From NCBI GenBank assembly GCA_963848295.1, contig CAWKDB010000002.1:1088001-1152000 (forward strand): 64,000 nucleotides of DNA, given 5' to 3'. Shown here piece by piece: positions 1 through 10,840 of this stretch; position 1 is the stretch's first letter, and each line of letters begins with the position of its first letter. The stretch comes from an uncultured delta proteobacterium (GTDB lineage: Bacteria > Myxococcota_A > Polyangia > Haliangiales > Haliangiaceae). Made by a program: the position numbers and the translations under genes. Under the pieces are notes generated by a model, which was not told where the DNA came from, did not search any database, and saw only the letters and a list, made by a program, of their open reading frames with translations.

Positions 1-3
1 CCG

Positions 4-2945
4 GTGTTCGAGATCGAGGAGTCGACCGCCGCGTTCGCGCAGAAGCTCGCGCGGCAAGCGCGCGGTGCCGAGATCCTGGTCGGCGGTCGCGTGTACCGCG
101 CGGCGCGCGCCGAGTGGACCTTCGAGGCGTTGCCGGCGATCGACTTGCCCGAGGATCTGGTCTCGCCGACCGGATCGCGAACCTCGGCCGACGAGGACAC
201 CGATCCCGGCGTCAAGCGCGCCCGGGTGTTCCGGCTGCGCGGTCCGAAAGAGCGGGCGCAACGGCTGCGCGAGAGCCGGGACCTGGTCCGGCTGCACGGC
301 CGCGACCTCGAGCTCAAGGCGCTACGCGATGCGTGGCGCGACGTCTTGGTGTCGCGGCGCAAGCGCCAGCTCGTGATCGTCGGCGACGCCGGCGTCGGTA
401 AGCGCGCGCTCGTGCGCACGTTCCTCGACGGCGTGGCGCCGAGTGAAGCGGTCGTCATCCGTACCCATGCGCGGGTCGGCACCGCGATGACTCCGTACGG
501 CGTGATCGCGGATCTCGCGCGCGAGGTCCTGGGCCTCGCGGAGGACGCCGAGCCCCACGAGGTCGAGCGCCGGCTGCTCGAGATCATTCCGCTGATCTAC
601 GGCGCGGAGTCGCAGTCGCGCGAGGCGCAAGACCGCGCTCCAGCTGTTCGGCATGCTGCTCGGCGCGAAGGGGGCGTCGCCGGCGGCGGAGGTCGATGCG
701 GACACCCGGCGCCAGGCGATGCTCCAGACCCTGATCCGCGTCGAGCGCCAGCTCGAAGGCGACAAGCCGGTGATCCTCGTCGGCGAGGACATCCATTGGA
801 CCGATCAGGACAGCCAGGAGCTGTTCGCGGCGCTGCTCAAGGTCGACACGCCGCGCCCGCTGTTCGGCGTGATGACGACCCGGCCCGAGCCGCGGATCCT
901 GAAGCTGCTCAAGGACCTGGGCACCGAGATCGTCCAGCTCGACGAGCTGCCCGACGACGCGCGGCGCCAGATGCTCGCCGAGCGGTTCGTGCCGGGCCAC
1001 GACATCGCCGAGCTCGCGGAGCAAGTCGTCGCGCGCGCCGGTGGCAACCCGTTCTTCGTCAACGAGCTGCTCGATGCGCTGGTCGAGCGCGGCATCCTCG
1101 TGGCCGACGGCGATGAGGGCGAGTTTCCCGGCTTGCTGCGCTGGATCAAACGCGACGCGCCGATCTCGGTGCCGAGCGACGATCGAGGATCTGATCGTCG
1201 GCCGGGTCGACGCGTTGCCGACCGCCGAGCGCGACGCGCTGATCCACGCGGCCGTGCTCGGCCGCCACGTCTCGGCGACGACGCTCGCGGCGCTGCTCGG
1301 CCAGCCGGTGCGGCTCGAGCTCGACGAGCTGGTCCGGCGCGGGCTGCTCTCGCCGATCGACGGCGAGTACCGATTCAAGAACGACATGACGATGACCGTC
1401 GCGTACGGCTTGATCTCGGTCGAGACCCGGGTCCAGCTCCATCGCGCCGCCGCCGCGCGGATCGCGGGCGCGGCGGGCTATCGCAGCGGCCAAGACGACG
1501 CGTTCATCGCTCGCCACCTCGAGCTCGCAGGCGACGACCTCGCGGCGGCCGATCGCTACCTGCGCGCCGCCGGCCACGCGGTCGAGCTCGGCGGCAACGC
1601 CGATGCGTTTCGCCAGCTGACCCGCGCGCTCAAGCTCGTGCCCGAGGCCGAGCACGCGCGCCGGTTCGCGGCCCACAAGCTACGCGAGGAGATCATGCGC
1701 CGGCTCGCCCGTCGGCCGCAGCAGCTGCGCGAGCTCCACGCGATGCGCAAGGAGGCCGAGGCGCTCGGCGAGGCCGGCAAGCTCGCCGCCGCGCACTGCG
1801 CGCTCGCTCAGTTCTACATCGACGTCGGCAAGGCGCCGGCCGCGCTGCGCGCCGTCGCGCCCGGTCTCGAGTATGCGCGCGAGGCCAAGGACGCGCTGCT
1901 CGAAGCCGAGGCGCTGCGGCTGCGCGCCGCGATCGCGCGGCTCGTCGGCAATGCCGATGAATCGCTGCGGCTGGTCGAGCAAGCGCTCGAGCTCGTGGAC
2001 AGGACGAAACCGCAGACCGAGACCGGCCGGCTGCCGACGCCGGTGCTGGTCGCCCGCGCGACGATCCTCAACCAGCGCGGCACGACGCTGTGGAACATCG
2101 GCCGGCTCGAGGCCGCGATCGAGAGCTACGCCGAGGCGCTCGTCATCTACCGCGCGATCGGGATGGCGCGCCACGAAGCGCGTGCGCTCAACAACATGGG
2201 CATCGTGTTTGCGGCGCTCGGCGAATACGAAGAAGCGCTCGCGCACTACAAGAGCGCACTCAAGATCGATCAGGCGACCGGCGATCGCAGCGCGATCGCG
2301 CAGAAGCTCGGCAACATCGGCCAGTGCTACTCCGATCTCGGTGACGTGGTGCGCGCCGAGAGCTACCTCGGCAAGGCGATGAAGCTCGCCGACCAGACCG
2401 GTGACTTATCGGCCGCGTGCGACGCGGCGGTGTCGATGGGCCAGACCAAGATGCAGCGCGGTGATTCGCTCGGCGCGCGCGCCATGTTCGAGCGCGGCTT
2501 GAAGCTGGCGAGCGAGAACCGCGACCGCTACCAGGAAGTGCGCGCGATGCAGTACATCGCGCTGTCGCACCTCGTCGCCGGCGATCCACCCGAGGGCGCG
2601 CTCGAGATCGCGAAGACGTCGACCGAGTGGGCGCGCAAGATGCCGATGCTGGTCGGCATCATCTACGGATTGATGTTCCAGGCGCTCGCGCTGTCGAAGC
2701 TCGGCCGCCACGACGAGGCGATCGCGGCGAGCGACGAGGCGGTCCGCCTGCTCGAGGGCGCTCGACCCGAGGGCGCCGAGAACGTCTATCGTTGGCGCGC
2801 CGAGGTGCTCGCCGCCGCGGGCCGACCAGCCGACGCGAAGGCATCCGGCGCGCGCGCCGCCGCCGAGGTCGAGACCAAGGCCGCGAAGCTGCGCGACCCC
2901 GAGCTGCGCCGGATGTACATCGGCAGCCGGCAACGGACGGTTTGA
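4..2945 (+). CDS. Cyclase-homology + AAA/STAND ATPase + TPR signalling protein (5' end outside window; two apparent frameshifts near 627 and 1177)
   Basis: ORFs 4..1116, 653..1960 and 1041..2945 join into one protein: HGRDLELKAL, Walker A-like GDAGVGK, Walker B-like VILVGEDIHW, GGNPFF motif, then TPR repeats (RALNNMGIVFAALGEYEEA). Confidence 0.8.
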
Positions 2946-2997
2946 TTCGCCAGGGCGGATCCCCGGAGCGTCAGAGCGATCGTGTTATCTCCGGCCC

Positions 2998-3228
2998 ATG
3001 GCGATCGAGCTCCAAGTCCTTCATCGCAATGACCCGGCTGCCCTCGCCGAGCTGATCGAGCTCGCGATCCCGAATACCGTGATCGATGGCGAGACCGGAG
3101 TCGCTCATCTGTCCGCGGTGGTCGATGCGGAGGAGCGCGAGATGGTCAAGCGGCGCGACAGCTGGCGCTGGCTCAACTCGATCTCGCCGGGCCATGTCGA
3201 TCGCGATAACGACTGGTCGGAAATCTAA
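2998..3228 (+). CDS. Small hypothetical protein (76 aa)
   Basis: ATG start, normal amino-acid composition, fills the gap between genes. Confidence 0.6.
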   Translation: MAIELQVLHRNDPAALAELIELAIPNTVIDGETGVAHLSAVVDAEEREMVKRRDSWRWLNSISPGHVDRDNDWSEI

Positions 3229-3424
3229 GCTGACTAGGTGAGAGCCACGAGCCGAGCGAAGTGGCTCAAACAAATTTCGCTGAAAGACTCGCGCCGGATC
3301 GAACAGGTTAAAACTAATTCTCCGACGAGGAATCGCCGGTGTCGGCTGTCCCCACTGGTGTCCGCGGGTCCCATACATCAACGCGAACGATCGCGAATGC
3401 GACACGCGCAACGACGGTAACGAC

Positions 3425-3440
3425 GGGCACGCTCTGTGCT
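3425..3440 (+). promoter_or_regulatory. Candidate sigma-54 (-24/-12) promoter
   Basis: GGGCACGCTCTGTGCT has GG-N10-GC spacing and matches TGGCACN5TTGC closely; 13 nt before ATG 3453. Confidence 0.45.
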
Positions 3441-3452
3441 CCTGCGTTCGTC

Positions 3453-4448
3453 ATGCGCCATCTACTTTGCTTAGCCTCGATCACCCTCCTCGGCTGCGGC
3501 CGCCACGGCCTCGATGACCATCCCGATGGAGGCGGCTCCGCGGTCACGGATGCCGGCCCCGACGCGAGCTGCGGCAGCACGCACCTCGACCTGACGTACG
3601 TCGCACCGAACTTGATGTTCGTGATGGACCGGTCGTGCTCGATGAAGAAGGATCTCGACGGGACCCAGACCACGAAGTGGCAGGCCGCGATCGCCGCGAT
3701 CACGCACGTGATCGCGAGCTACACCACGTTCGTCCAGTGGGGCATGACGCTGTTCCCCGATACGACCGGCGACTCGTGCTCGCAAGACGCGATCCCGATC
3801 CCGCTCGGCGCGAGCAACGGCGACGCGATCACGACGCTGCTCACCGACGCGCTCGACCCGGCCAACGCGCTCTACCCGTCCGGCCCGTGCGTCACGAACA
3901 TCGACACCGGGATCGAGCAGGCCGCTACCGACCCCGGCCTAGCCGACACGACGCGCAAGAGCTACCTCATGCTCGTGACCGATGGCTCGCAGTCGAAGTG
4001 CGAGGTCGGCGGTGGCGACGCCGGCACCGAAGCCGCGGTCGCAAGTCTGTTGACCGCCGGCGTGCCGACGTTCGTGGTCGGCTTCGGCAGCGAGGTCGAC
4101 GTCAACGAGCTCACGAAGCTCGCGAACCTCGGCGGCGAAGCGCTGACCGGCTCGACCCCGTACTACTCCGCGGACACCGCCGACGAGATCGATATGGCGC
4201 TGCAATCGATCGCGGAAAAGGTCGCGAGCTGCAGCTACAAGGTCGACCCCGCTCCGCTCGACCTGAACCTCACGTATGTCGTGTTCGATGGCCACGAGCT
4301 CGTGCCGCACGACCCGGCGCACTCGGACGGCTGGGACTACGACGACGGGTCCGAGATACTGACCCTGTACGGCGACTACTGCACGCGAGTCGAGGACCTC
4401 CAGGTCACCGGCATCGACGTGACTTACGGCTGCCCGCCCGCGCTGTAG
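3453..4448 (+). CDS. von Willebrand factor A (VWA) domain lipoprotein
   Basis: Lipobox LLGC; MIDAS motif DRSCSM, LVTDG and TFVVGFG. Start moved to ATG 3453. Confidence 0.85.
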   Translation: MRHLLCLASITLLGCGRHGLDDHPDGGGSAVTDAGPDASCGSTHLDLTYVAPNLMFVMDRSCSMKKDLDGTQTTKWQAAIAAITHVIASYTTFVQWGMTLFPDTTGDSCSQDAIPIPLGASNGDAITTLLTDALDPANALYPSGPCVTNIDTGIEQAATDPGLADTTRKSYLMLVTDGSQSKCEVGGGDAGTEAAVASLLTAGVPTFVVGFGSEVDVNELTKLANLGGEALTGSTPYYSADTADEIDMALQSIAEKVASCSYKVDPAPLDLNLTYVVFDGHELVPHDPAHSDGWDYDDGSEILTLYGDYCTRVEDLQVTGIDVTYGCPPAL

Positions 4449-4525
4449 CCCGGACGATGGCCGGGGTACCGACCCGCGCTGACTTGCCGCATGACAGCGG
4501 CGCCGAGATCTGCAAGGGTGCAGCG

Positions 4526-5194
4526 GTGAGCACCGAGCCGATCCGGCCGATCACGCCCCCCGCGCGCCGGCGCGTGTTCTCGGGCAAGCGGATGCTGCTC
4601 GGGATGCTCGGGATCGTCGGGGCGGCCTTCGTGTTCCTCGTCGTGACGTTCGTGACCCGGCCGCCGGATCCGAAGCTCGACGACCTCGGCAAGGTGCCGG
4701 CGTTCTCGCTCACCGACGAGCGCGGCCAGACGTTCACCCAGGAGGCGATGCGCGGGCGGGTCACCATCGTCAGCTTCATCTTCACGCGCTGCGATACGAT
4801 CTGCCCGACGACCACGGCGACGATGGAGCGGATTCAAGAGAAGACCCAGGACGCCGCCGATCGGATCAAGCTCGTGTCGTTCACGATGGATCCGACGTAC
4901 GACTCGCCTCCGGTGCTCGCCGCGTACGCCGCGAAGTTTCACGCCGACGGCGAGCGCTGGCGATTCTTGACCGGGCCACTCGAGACGATCCGCGCGCTCG
5001 CCGAGCACACGTTCATGTTCGGGATGCCGCGCGCCGCGGACAAGCCGGGCGGCGTGCCGAACATCGTGCACCGCGGGCTGTTCTTCCTCGTCGACGGTGG
5101 GCTGCACGTTCGCGGGTTCTACGACTATCAAGATATCCCCGCGCTCGACGAGTTGATCCGCGACGCGCGCTTCCTGGCGCGGACGACGACGTGA
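4526..5194 (+). CDS. SCO1/SenC family copper chaperone
   Basis: N-terminal TM helix, FTRCDTICP (CxxxCP), DPTYDSP, WRFLTG and distal His; 3' part of ORF 3635..5194, GTG start inferred. Confidence 0.9.
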   Translation: MSTEPIRPITPPARRRVFSGKRMLLGMLGIVGAAFVFLVVTFVTRPPDPKLDDLGKVPAFSLTDERGQTFTQEAMRGRVTIVSFIFTRCDTICPTTTATMERIQEKTQDAADRIKLVSFTMDPTYDSPPVLAAYAAKFHADGERWRFLTGPLETIRALAEHTFMFGMPRAADKPGGVPNIVHRGLFFLVDGGLHVRGFYDYQDIPALDELIRDARFLARTTT

Positions 5195-5209
5195 GATAGT
5201 CGCGCCGCG

Positions 5210-6208
5210 TTGGACTCCGCGCTCAACATCACGCAGCTCGTGATCGGCATCGCGGTGCTCTACTGGGGCGCCGAGTGGCTGATCCGCGGCTCGGCGGCGA
5301 TCGCGCGCACGTTCGGGGTCAAGCCGCTCGTCGTCGGGCTCACCGTCGTCGCGTATGGCACGTCGGCGCCCGAGCTCGCGGTCGCGACCCAGACCGCGCT
5401 CGCGAACAGCCAGCCGATCGCGCTCGGCACCGTGATCGGCTCGTGCGCCGCGAACATCTCGCTGATCCTCGGCATCACCGCGCTGATCGCGCCGCCCACG
5501 ATCGACGGCCGGATCATCCGGCGCGAGGTCCCCGTGCTGATCGGCTCGGCGATCGCGGTGCCGATCTTGTTTCGCAACGGCGTGCTGTCTCGGTTCGAAG
5601 GCGCGCTGCTCGTCGCGTGCGCGGTGGTGTTCACGATCGTGACGCTCACGGTGTCGGCGCGGCTCGATCCCGACGACGACGCCGATCCCGGCGACTCCCG
5701 GCGCGGCGCCGAGGCGGTCGAGAGCGGCGAGAGCCTCGGCGGCAAGGCGCGGCCGAACAAGTCGCGGCTGCTCGCGGCGTTCTACTCGACCGCCGGCCTC
5801 GTGCTGCTGGTCACCGGCAGCAAGCTGTTCGTTCGCGGGGGGCGGTCGATCGCGGCCGAGGCCGGGATGTCGGATCGGATGCTGGGCCTGACCGTGATCT
5901 CGCTCGGCTGCGCGCTGCCCGAGCTGATCAGCTCGGTGATCGCGGCGACCCGCGGGCAAGCCGCGCTGGCGATCGGCTCGGTGATCGGCTCGAACCTCTT
6001 GAACGTCTTCCTGGTGCTCGGCATCACCGCGTACCTCAGGCCGATCCGGCTCGGCGAGCAGAGCCACTTCGTCGATCTCGTCGGCCTGGTCGCCATCACG
6101 CTGCTCGGTGTGTTGATGTTGCGCGGATCGCGCAAGATCTCTCGCTTCGAGGGCGGCATCCTCGTGGCGGCCTACGTCGCGTTCGTCGTGGCCTGCGCGA
6201 AGTTCTAG
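5210..6208 (+). CDS. Calcium/sodium (CaCA, YrbG-like) antiporter
   Basis: Two alpha-repeats GTSAPEL and GCALPEL, IGSN motif, many TM helices. Confidence 0.9.
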   Translation: MDSALNITQLVIGIAVLYWGAEWLIRGSAAIARTFGVKPLVVGLTVVAYGTSAPELAVATQTALANSQPIALGTVIGSCAANISLILGITALIAPPTIDGRIIRREVPVLIGSAIAVPILFRNGVLSRFEGALLVACAVVFTIVTLTVSARLDPDDDADPGDSRRGAEAVESGESLGGKARPNKSRLLAAFYSTAGLVLLVTGSKLFVRGGRSIAAEAGMSDRMLGLTVISLGCALPELISSVIAATRGQAALAIGSVIGSNLLNVFLVLGITAYLRPIRLGEQSHFVDLVGLVAITLLGVLMLRGSRKISRFEGGILVAAYVAFVVACAKF

Positions 6209-6348
6209 GAATCTCGCTCAGATCGCCCGTCCTTCGGGTTGAGGTGCGACCATCGCACCTCGATGCCGACCGGCGGTCTCGTTCGCGCGATGTGAAGACA
6301 GCGATCGGTGCTTCTGTTCGCCCGCTCGTAAACGCTACAACGCCAGCT

Positions 6349-7794
6349 ATGAGGACCGGTTATCTCGCTCTCGTGGTGTCGATCGCTGGGGCGGGTGTCG
6401 CGTCGGCGGCTCCGGTGCTGCGCGATGTGATGCACACCGTGACTCACGACCCGTCGGAGCCGGTGCCGTCCCAGGTCAACTCGCACACGCTGTTCCTCAA
6501 CCCGTGCACCGGCGGTTGCGTCGTCCGCAGCGGCCAGACCGACTCGGGCACCGGCACCTCCGACATCGGCTCGGGCACGCTCGCCGCGTTTCCGTACAGC
6601 ACCACGGTGTGGAACGACACCGTCGCGTGCGTCACCCGGATCATGGCGCCGTTCAACATCCAGGTCGTCACGACCAAGCCCGCCGGCGACTTCTTCGAAG
6701 TGATGATCGCCGGCAACTCGTGCGACATCCTCCCGCAGAGCGAGTGCGGGGACGTCGGCGGCATCGCCGATTATCCGTGCCAAGGCCCGGGCGATTGCTT
6801 CGAGTCGTACATCCCCGACGCGCTGGTGTTCGACTTCGCGAGCTCGATCGGCAACGACGCGAACTACCTGTGCGGCGTCGCGGCCCAGGAGATCGCGCAC
6901 GCGTGGACCCTCGATCACACGATCGAGACCACCGATCCGATGACGTACAACGGCTACGCCGCGAACCTGACCTACGCGAACGGCGCGAAGTGCGGCAGCG
7001 ATTGCCTCTACTCGTGTGCGAGCGGCGGCGGCACCTGCGACGCGTTCGGCGTGAAGTGCACCGGCAGCGGCGGGACCGCGACCCACGCGTGCCTCGGCAG
7101 CGGAGCCGCGACCCAGGACGAGATCAGCATCATCACCGGCCTGTTCGGACCGTCGTCGACGAACCCGCCGGTCGTCGCGATCACGTCGCCGAGCAACGGC
7201 GCGTCGGTCGGTCAGGGCTTCCCGGTCGACGTCACGTGCACGAACAGCGACGGCGTCACCTCGGTCGCGCTCGCGATCGACGGCACGACGAGCGCGACCT
7301 TGACCAGCTCGCCGTACACGTTCTCGACGCCGGCCACGCTGCCGATCGGTCCCCACACGCTGACCGCGACCTGCACCACGACGCTGAACGCGACCGCGAT
7401 GGCGTCGGTCTCGGTCACGGTCGCGAACAAGTGCACGAAGAACGCGGACTGCACCACGACCGGCGACATCTGCTACGAGGGCGCGTGCATCGCCGGTCCC
7501 GACGCGCAGGGCGGCCTCGGCACGACCTGCACGAGCAACTCGATGTGCTCTTCGGATTCGTGCGCGAGCGACGGCACGAACAGCTACTGCGTCGTGCCGT
7601 GCGACCTCAGCCACGATCAATGCCCTTCGGGCTACGGCTGCCTCGCGGACGGCACCGGCGGCGTGTGCTGGCCCGGCGTCAGTAACGGCGGCGGCGGCGG
7701 CGGCGGGTGCAACACCGGCGGTGATTCGACCGGCCCTGTGACGCTCTTGCTCGGCTTGGCTGCGCTGTTGATCACGCGCCGCAAGCGCCGGTAG
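6349..7794 (+). CDS. Secreted Cys-rich metzincin-like protein with Ig-like domain and MYXO-CTERM-like anchor (paralog 1)
   Basis: Signal peptide MRTGYLAL..., QEIAHAWTLDH + DPMTY, PVVAITSPSNG Ig-like domain, GGC-TM-RRKRR tail. Confidence 0.8.
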   Translation: MRTGYLALVVSIAGAGVASAAPVLRDVMHTVTHDPSEPVPSQVNSHTLFLNPCTGGCVVRSGQTDSGTGTSDIGSGTLAAFPYSTTVWNDTVACVTRIMAPFNIQVVTTKPAGDFFEVMIAGNSCDILPQSECGDVGGIADYPCQGPGDCFESYIPDALVFDFASSIGNDANYLCGVAAQEIAHAWTLDHTIETTDPMTYNGYAANLTYANGAKCGSDCLYSCASGGGTCDAFGVKCTGSGGTATHACLGSGAATQDEISIITGLFGPSSTNPPVVAITSPSNGASVGQGFPVDVTCTNSDGVTSVALAIDGTTSATLTSSPYTFSTPATLPIGPHTLTATCTTTLNATAMASVSVTVANKCTKNADCTTTGDICYEGACIAGPDAQGGLGTTCTSNSMCSSDSCASDGTNSYCVVPCDLSHDQCPSGYGCLADGTGGVCWPGVSNGGGGGGGCNTGGDSTGPVTLLLGLAALLITRRKRR

Positions 7795-7907
7795 ATCCCC
7801 CTACTATCAGTAAGTTGAGTTAGCGAACCCACCGTCTCGCGCGACGTCAGCGCTAGATCGCGCTTTCCCTCTAGGTCGCGCAGGTATTGCCGCGATATTA
7901 GACAGAG

Positions 7908-9350
7908 ATGAACCGTACTCGCGTGGCTGTAGTTCTGGCCGTGACTCTCGGCGCGAGCGCCGGATCGGCCGCGCCGATCCACGAGGTGCTCGGGCATCCG
8001 AACTTCGCGGCGATGGCGCCGGTCCCGATGTTGACCAACTCGCACACCGTCTACCTCAACAAGTGCGCGGGCGGTTGCATCGTCCACACCGGCGACACCG
8101 ACGCGCGCACGAGCACGTCCGACATCGCCTCGGGTCAGCTCGGCGCGTTCACCGGGACCGACACCCAGTGGTCGAGCATCGTCAGCTGCGTCAAGGGCGT
8201 CATGGCGCCGTTCAACATCACGGTCACCGATACCGATCCGGGTGCGACCACCTCGCGGTTCGAGGTCATGGTGGCGGGTAAGGCGTGCGACATCCTGCCG
8301 GGCTCGATCTGCAACGGCATCGAAGGCGTCGCCGACGCGATCTGCCAGAGCCCGGGACAGTGCTTCGTCCCGTACCTGCCGAACGGCCTGGTGTTCGCGT
8401 TCTCGACGACCGAGCAGAACCAGGTCACGCTGATCTGCGGCACGATCGCACAGGAGGTCGCGCACGACTGGACGCTCGATCACGTCATCGAGTCGAACGA
8501 CCCGATGACCTACAACAACTACGTGACGCCGCTCAGCTACCAGAACGGCACGCGCTGCGGCAGCGACTGCTTGTACCAATGCCCGAGCGGCACGGGCTCG
8601 TGCAACGCCTACGGCACGACGTGCACGGGCAGCGGCGGCAGCGCGACCCACATCTGCCAGAGCACCGGTCAGGCGACCCAGAACGAGGTCGACACGATCA
8701 ACGCCCTGTTCGGGCCGCAGGGCGCCGCGGCCCCGACGCTGAAGATCACGTCGCCGGCCGACGGGTCGGCGGTCCAGGCCGGGTTTCCGATCGACGTCAC
8801 CTGCACGTCGCCCGACGGCATCCTCGAGGTCGACCTGTCGGTCGATGGCGTCGCGACCGCGACGCTGACCGCCGCGCCGTTCAACTTCGTCGCACCGTCG
8901 ACGCTCAAGGACGGCACCCACACGATCTCGGTGCTGTGCGGCACGACGAAGCAGGCGATCGCGACCGTCACCGAGAACCTCATCATCGGCGAGAAGTGCA
9001 GCAAGGACGCGGACTGCACCGAGACCGGATACATCTGCTACGAGGATGCGTGCATCGCCGGCCCGAACGCGCCGGGCGGCCTCGGCACGACGTGCACGAC
9101 GAACGGGATGTGCGCGTCGGGGTCGTGCACGAGCGACGGCACGAATTCGTACTGCGTCGTCCCGTGCGACACGAACAACGACCAGTGTCCGTCCGGCACC
9201 GGCTGCCTGGCCGACGGCAACGGCGGGGTGTGCTGGCCCGGCGCGAGCCATGGCTCCGGCGGCGGCGGCTGCAACACCGGCGGCAACGGCACGCTCGTGG
9301 TCGTGCTCGGCCTCGGCTTCCTCGTGCTCGGCCGGCGGAGGCGCGCGTGA
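7908..9350 (+). CDS. Secreted Cys-rich metzincin-like protein with Ig-like domain and MYXO-CTERM-like anchor (paralog 2)
   Basis: Signal peptide, QEVAHDWTLDH + DPMTY, Ig-like domain, GGC-TM-RRRRA tail. Confidence 0.8.
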   Translation: MNRTRVAVVLAVTLGASAGSAAPIHEVLGHPNFAAMAPVPMLTNSHTVYLNKCAGGCIVHTGDTDARTSTSDIASGQLGAFTGTDTQWSSIVSCVKGVMAPFNITVTDTDPGATTSRFEVMVAGKACDILPGSICNGIEGVADAICQSPGQCFVPYLPNGLVFAFSTTEQNQVTLICGTIAQEVAHDWTLDHVIESNDPMTYNNYVTPLSYQNGTRCGSDCLYQCPSGTGSCNAYGTTCTGSGGSATHICQSTGQATQNEVDTINALFGPQGAAAPTLKITSPADGSAVQAGFPIDVTCTSPDGILEVDLSVDGVATATLTAAPFNFVAPSTLKDGTHTISVLCGTTKQAIATVTENLIIGEKCSKDADCTETGYICYEDACIAGPNAPGGLGTTCTTNGMCASGSCTSDGTNSYCVVPCDTNNDQCPSGTGCLADGNGGVCWPGASHGSGGGGCNTGGNGTLVVVLGLGFLVLGRRRRA

Positions 9351-10840
9351 AGACGCTGGCGCTCGCCGGGTTCGCGATCGCACTGGCATCGACCGCGCAC
9401 GCGGATCCACGCGGGCCGACGCCGCTCCACACGATCGACGAGGATGCGCGGCCATCCTATGCCACGCGCCCGATCGACTACATGTTCCCGATCACGATCG
9501 ATCCCGCGAATGTCGAGCCCACGATCTCGAACAACATCATCTATCTCAATAACTGCCAGCCGAACGGCTGCACGCTACGCCCGGGCACCACGGACTCGCG
9601 CACCGACACGTCGGAGCTGCTCCAGGGCGAGGCCGTGCTCACGCCATTCGACGACAGCGATGCGACGTGGAACGCGGTCGTGCAGTGCATGCAGGACGTG
9701 TTCTATCCGTACAACATCCAGATCACGACGACCGATCCGGGCAGCGCGCCTCACTTCGAGATCATGATCGCGGGCAACCCGACCGACATCGGGCTGTCGA
9801 GCGGGTATGGCGGCGTGTCGCCGTACGCGTGCGGGGCCTCCGGCGGCTATATCCCGAACGCGCTCGTGTTCGACTTCTCGAAGGTGTGGGGCGGTCGCGT
9901 CGAGGATCTGTGCTCGACCGCGGCGCAGGAGATCGCGCACTCGTTCACGCTCGACCACGCGGACGATCCGTCGGACCCGATGACGTACTTCACGTCGTTC
10001 ACCACGCGGCGCTACTTCAACAGCAGCGCGCAGTGCGGCAGCGACTGCGTCAACAGCAAGAGCCCGCAAGGCCCCGGCGTCGGCGGCTATACGTGCACCG
10101 GCGCCGCTCCGGGGATGGGCACCTCCGGTCCGCAAGCTCACCCGTGCGTCTGCACCGGACAGGCCACGCAGAACGAGAACGGCAAGTGGACCAGCCTGTT
10201 CGGCGCGAGCTCGATGGCCGGACCGACGGTCGCGATCACCAAGCCGCTCGACGGCGCCGCGGTCCAGGCCGGGTTCGTCGTGGACTCGACCGCGACGAAC
10301 ACGATCGGTGTGACGAAGGCCGAGCTCTACATCGACGGCACGCTGGCCAGCACGGTCACGAGCTCACCGTACATCTTCAACTCGCCCGCGACGCTCGGGC
10401 CCGGCGCACACGTCGTCAAGGTCACCGCGTACGATCACTACGGCGACACCGGCAGCGCGCAGGTCAACGCGATCATCGGCACGCCGTGCAAGTCGGCGTC
10501 GGACTGCACGAACAGCAACGACGTGTGCATCGCCGGTCGCTGCCTGCTCGGCCCGGGCCAGCCGGGCGGGCTCGGCGCGACGTGCATGAACGGCCCGGAC
10601 TGCGACTCCGGCCAGTGCACGAGCGACGGCACGAATTCGTACTGCGCGACGTCGTGCGATCTCGGCCAGGGCGAGTGCCCCTCCGGTTTCGGCTGCCTCG
10701 ATTCCGGCAACGGCGTCGGCGTGTGCTGGCCGGGCTACGACGACGGCTCGAGCAAAGGCGGCGGCTGCCAATCGGGCGGCAACACGACGTTCCTCGGCTT
10801 GGGCTTCGCGCTGCTGTTCCTGCGCCGTCGCAAGAAATGA
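9347..10840 (+). CDS. Secreted Cys-rich metzincin-like protein with Ig-like domain and MYXO-CTERM-like anchor (paralog 3)
   Basis: GTG start overlapping the previous stop (GTGA), QEIAHSFTLDH + DPMTY, GGC-TM-RRRKK tail. Confidence 0.8.
   Translation: MKTLALAGFAIALASTAHADPRGPTPLHTIDEDARPSYATRPIDYMFPITIDPANVEPTISNNIIYLNNCQPNGCTLRPGTTDSRTDTSELLQGEAVLTPFDDSDATWNAVVQCMQDVFYPYNIQITTTDPGSAPHFEIMIAGNPTDIGLSSGYGGVSPYACGASGGYIPNALVFDFSKVWGGRVEDLCSTAAQEIAHSFTLDHADDPSDPMTYFTSFTTRRYFNSSAQCGSDCVNSKSPQGPGVGGYTCTGAAPGMGTSGPQAHPCVCTGQATQNENGKWTSLFGASSMAGPTVAITKPLDGAAVQAGFVVDSTATNTIGVTKAELYIDGTLASTVTSSPYIFNSPATLGPGAHVVKVTAYDHYGDTGSAQVNAIIGTPCKSASDCTNSNDVCIAGRCLLGPGQPGGLGATCMNGPDCDSGQCTSDGTNSYCATSCDLGQGECPSGFGCLDSGNGVGVCWPGYDDGSSKGGGCQSGGNTTFLGLGFALLFLRRRKK

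Noticed and set aside
7795..7907. AT-richer spacer between paralogs 1 and 2 as an ncRNA or riboswitch
   Set aside because: No recognisable structure or repeat; more simply a promoter region.
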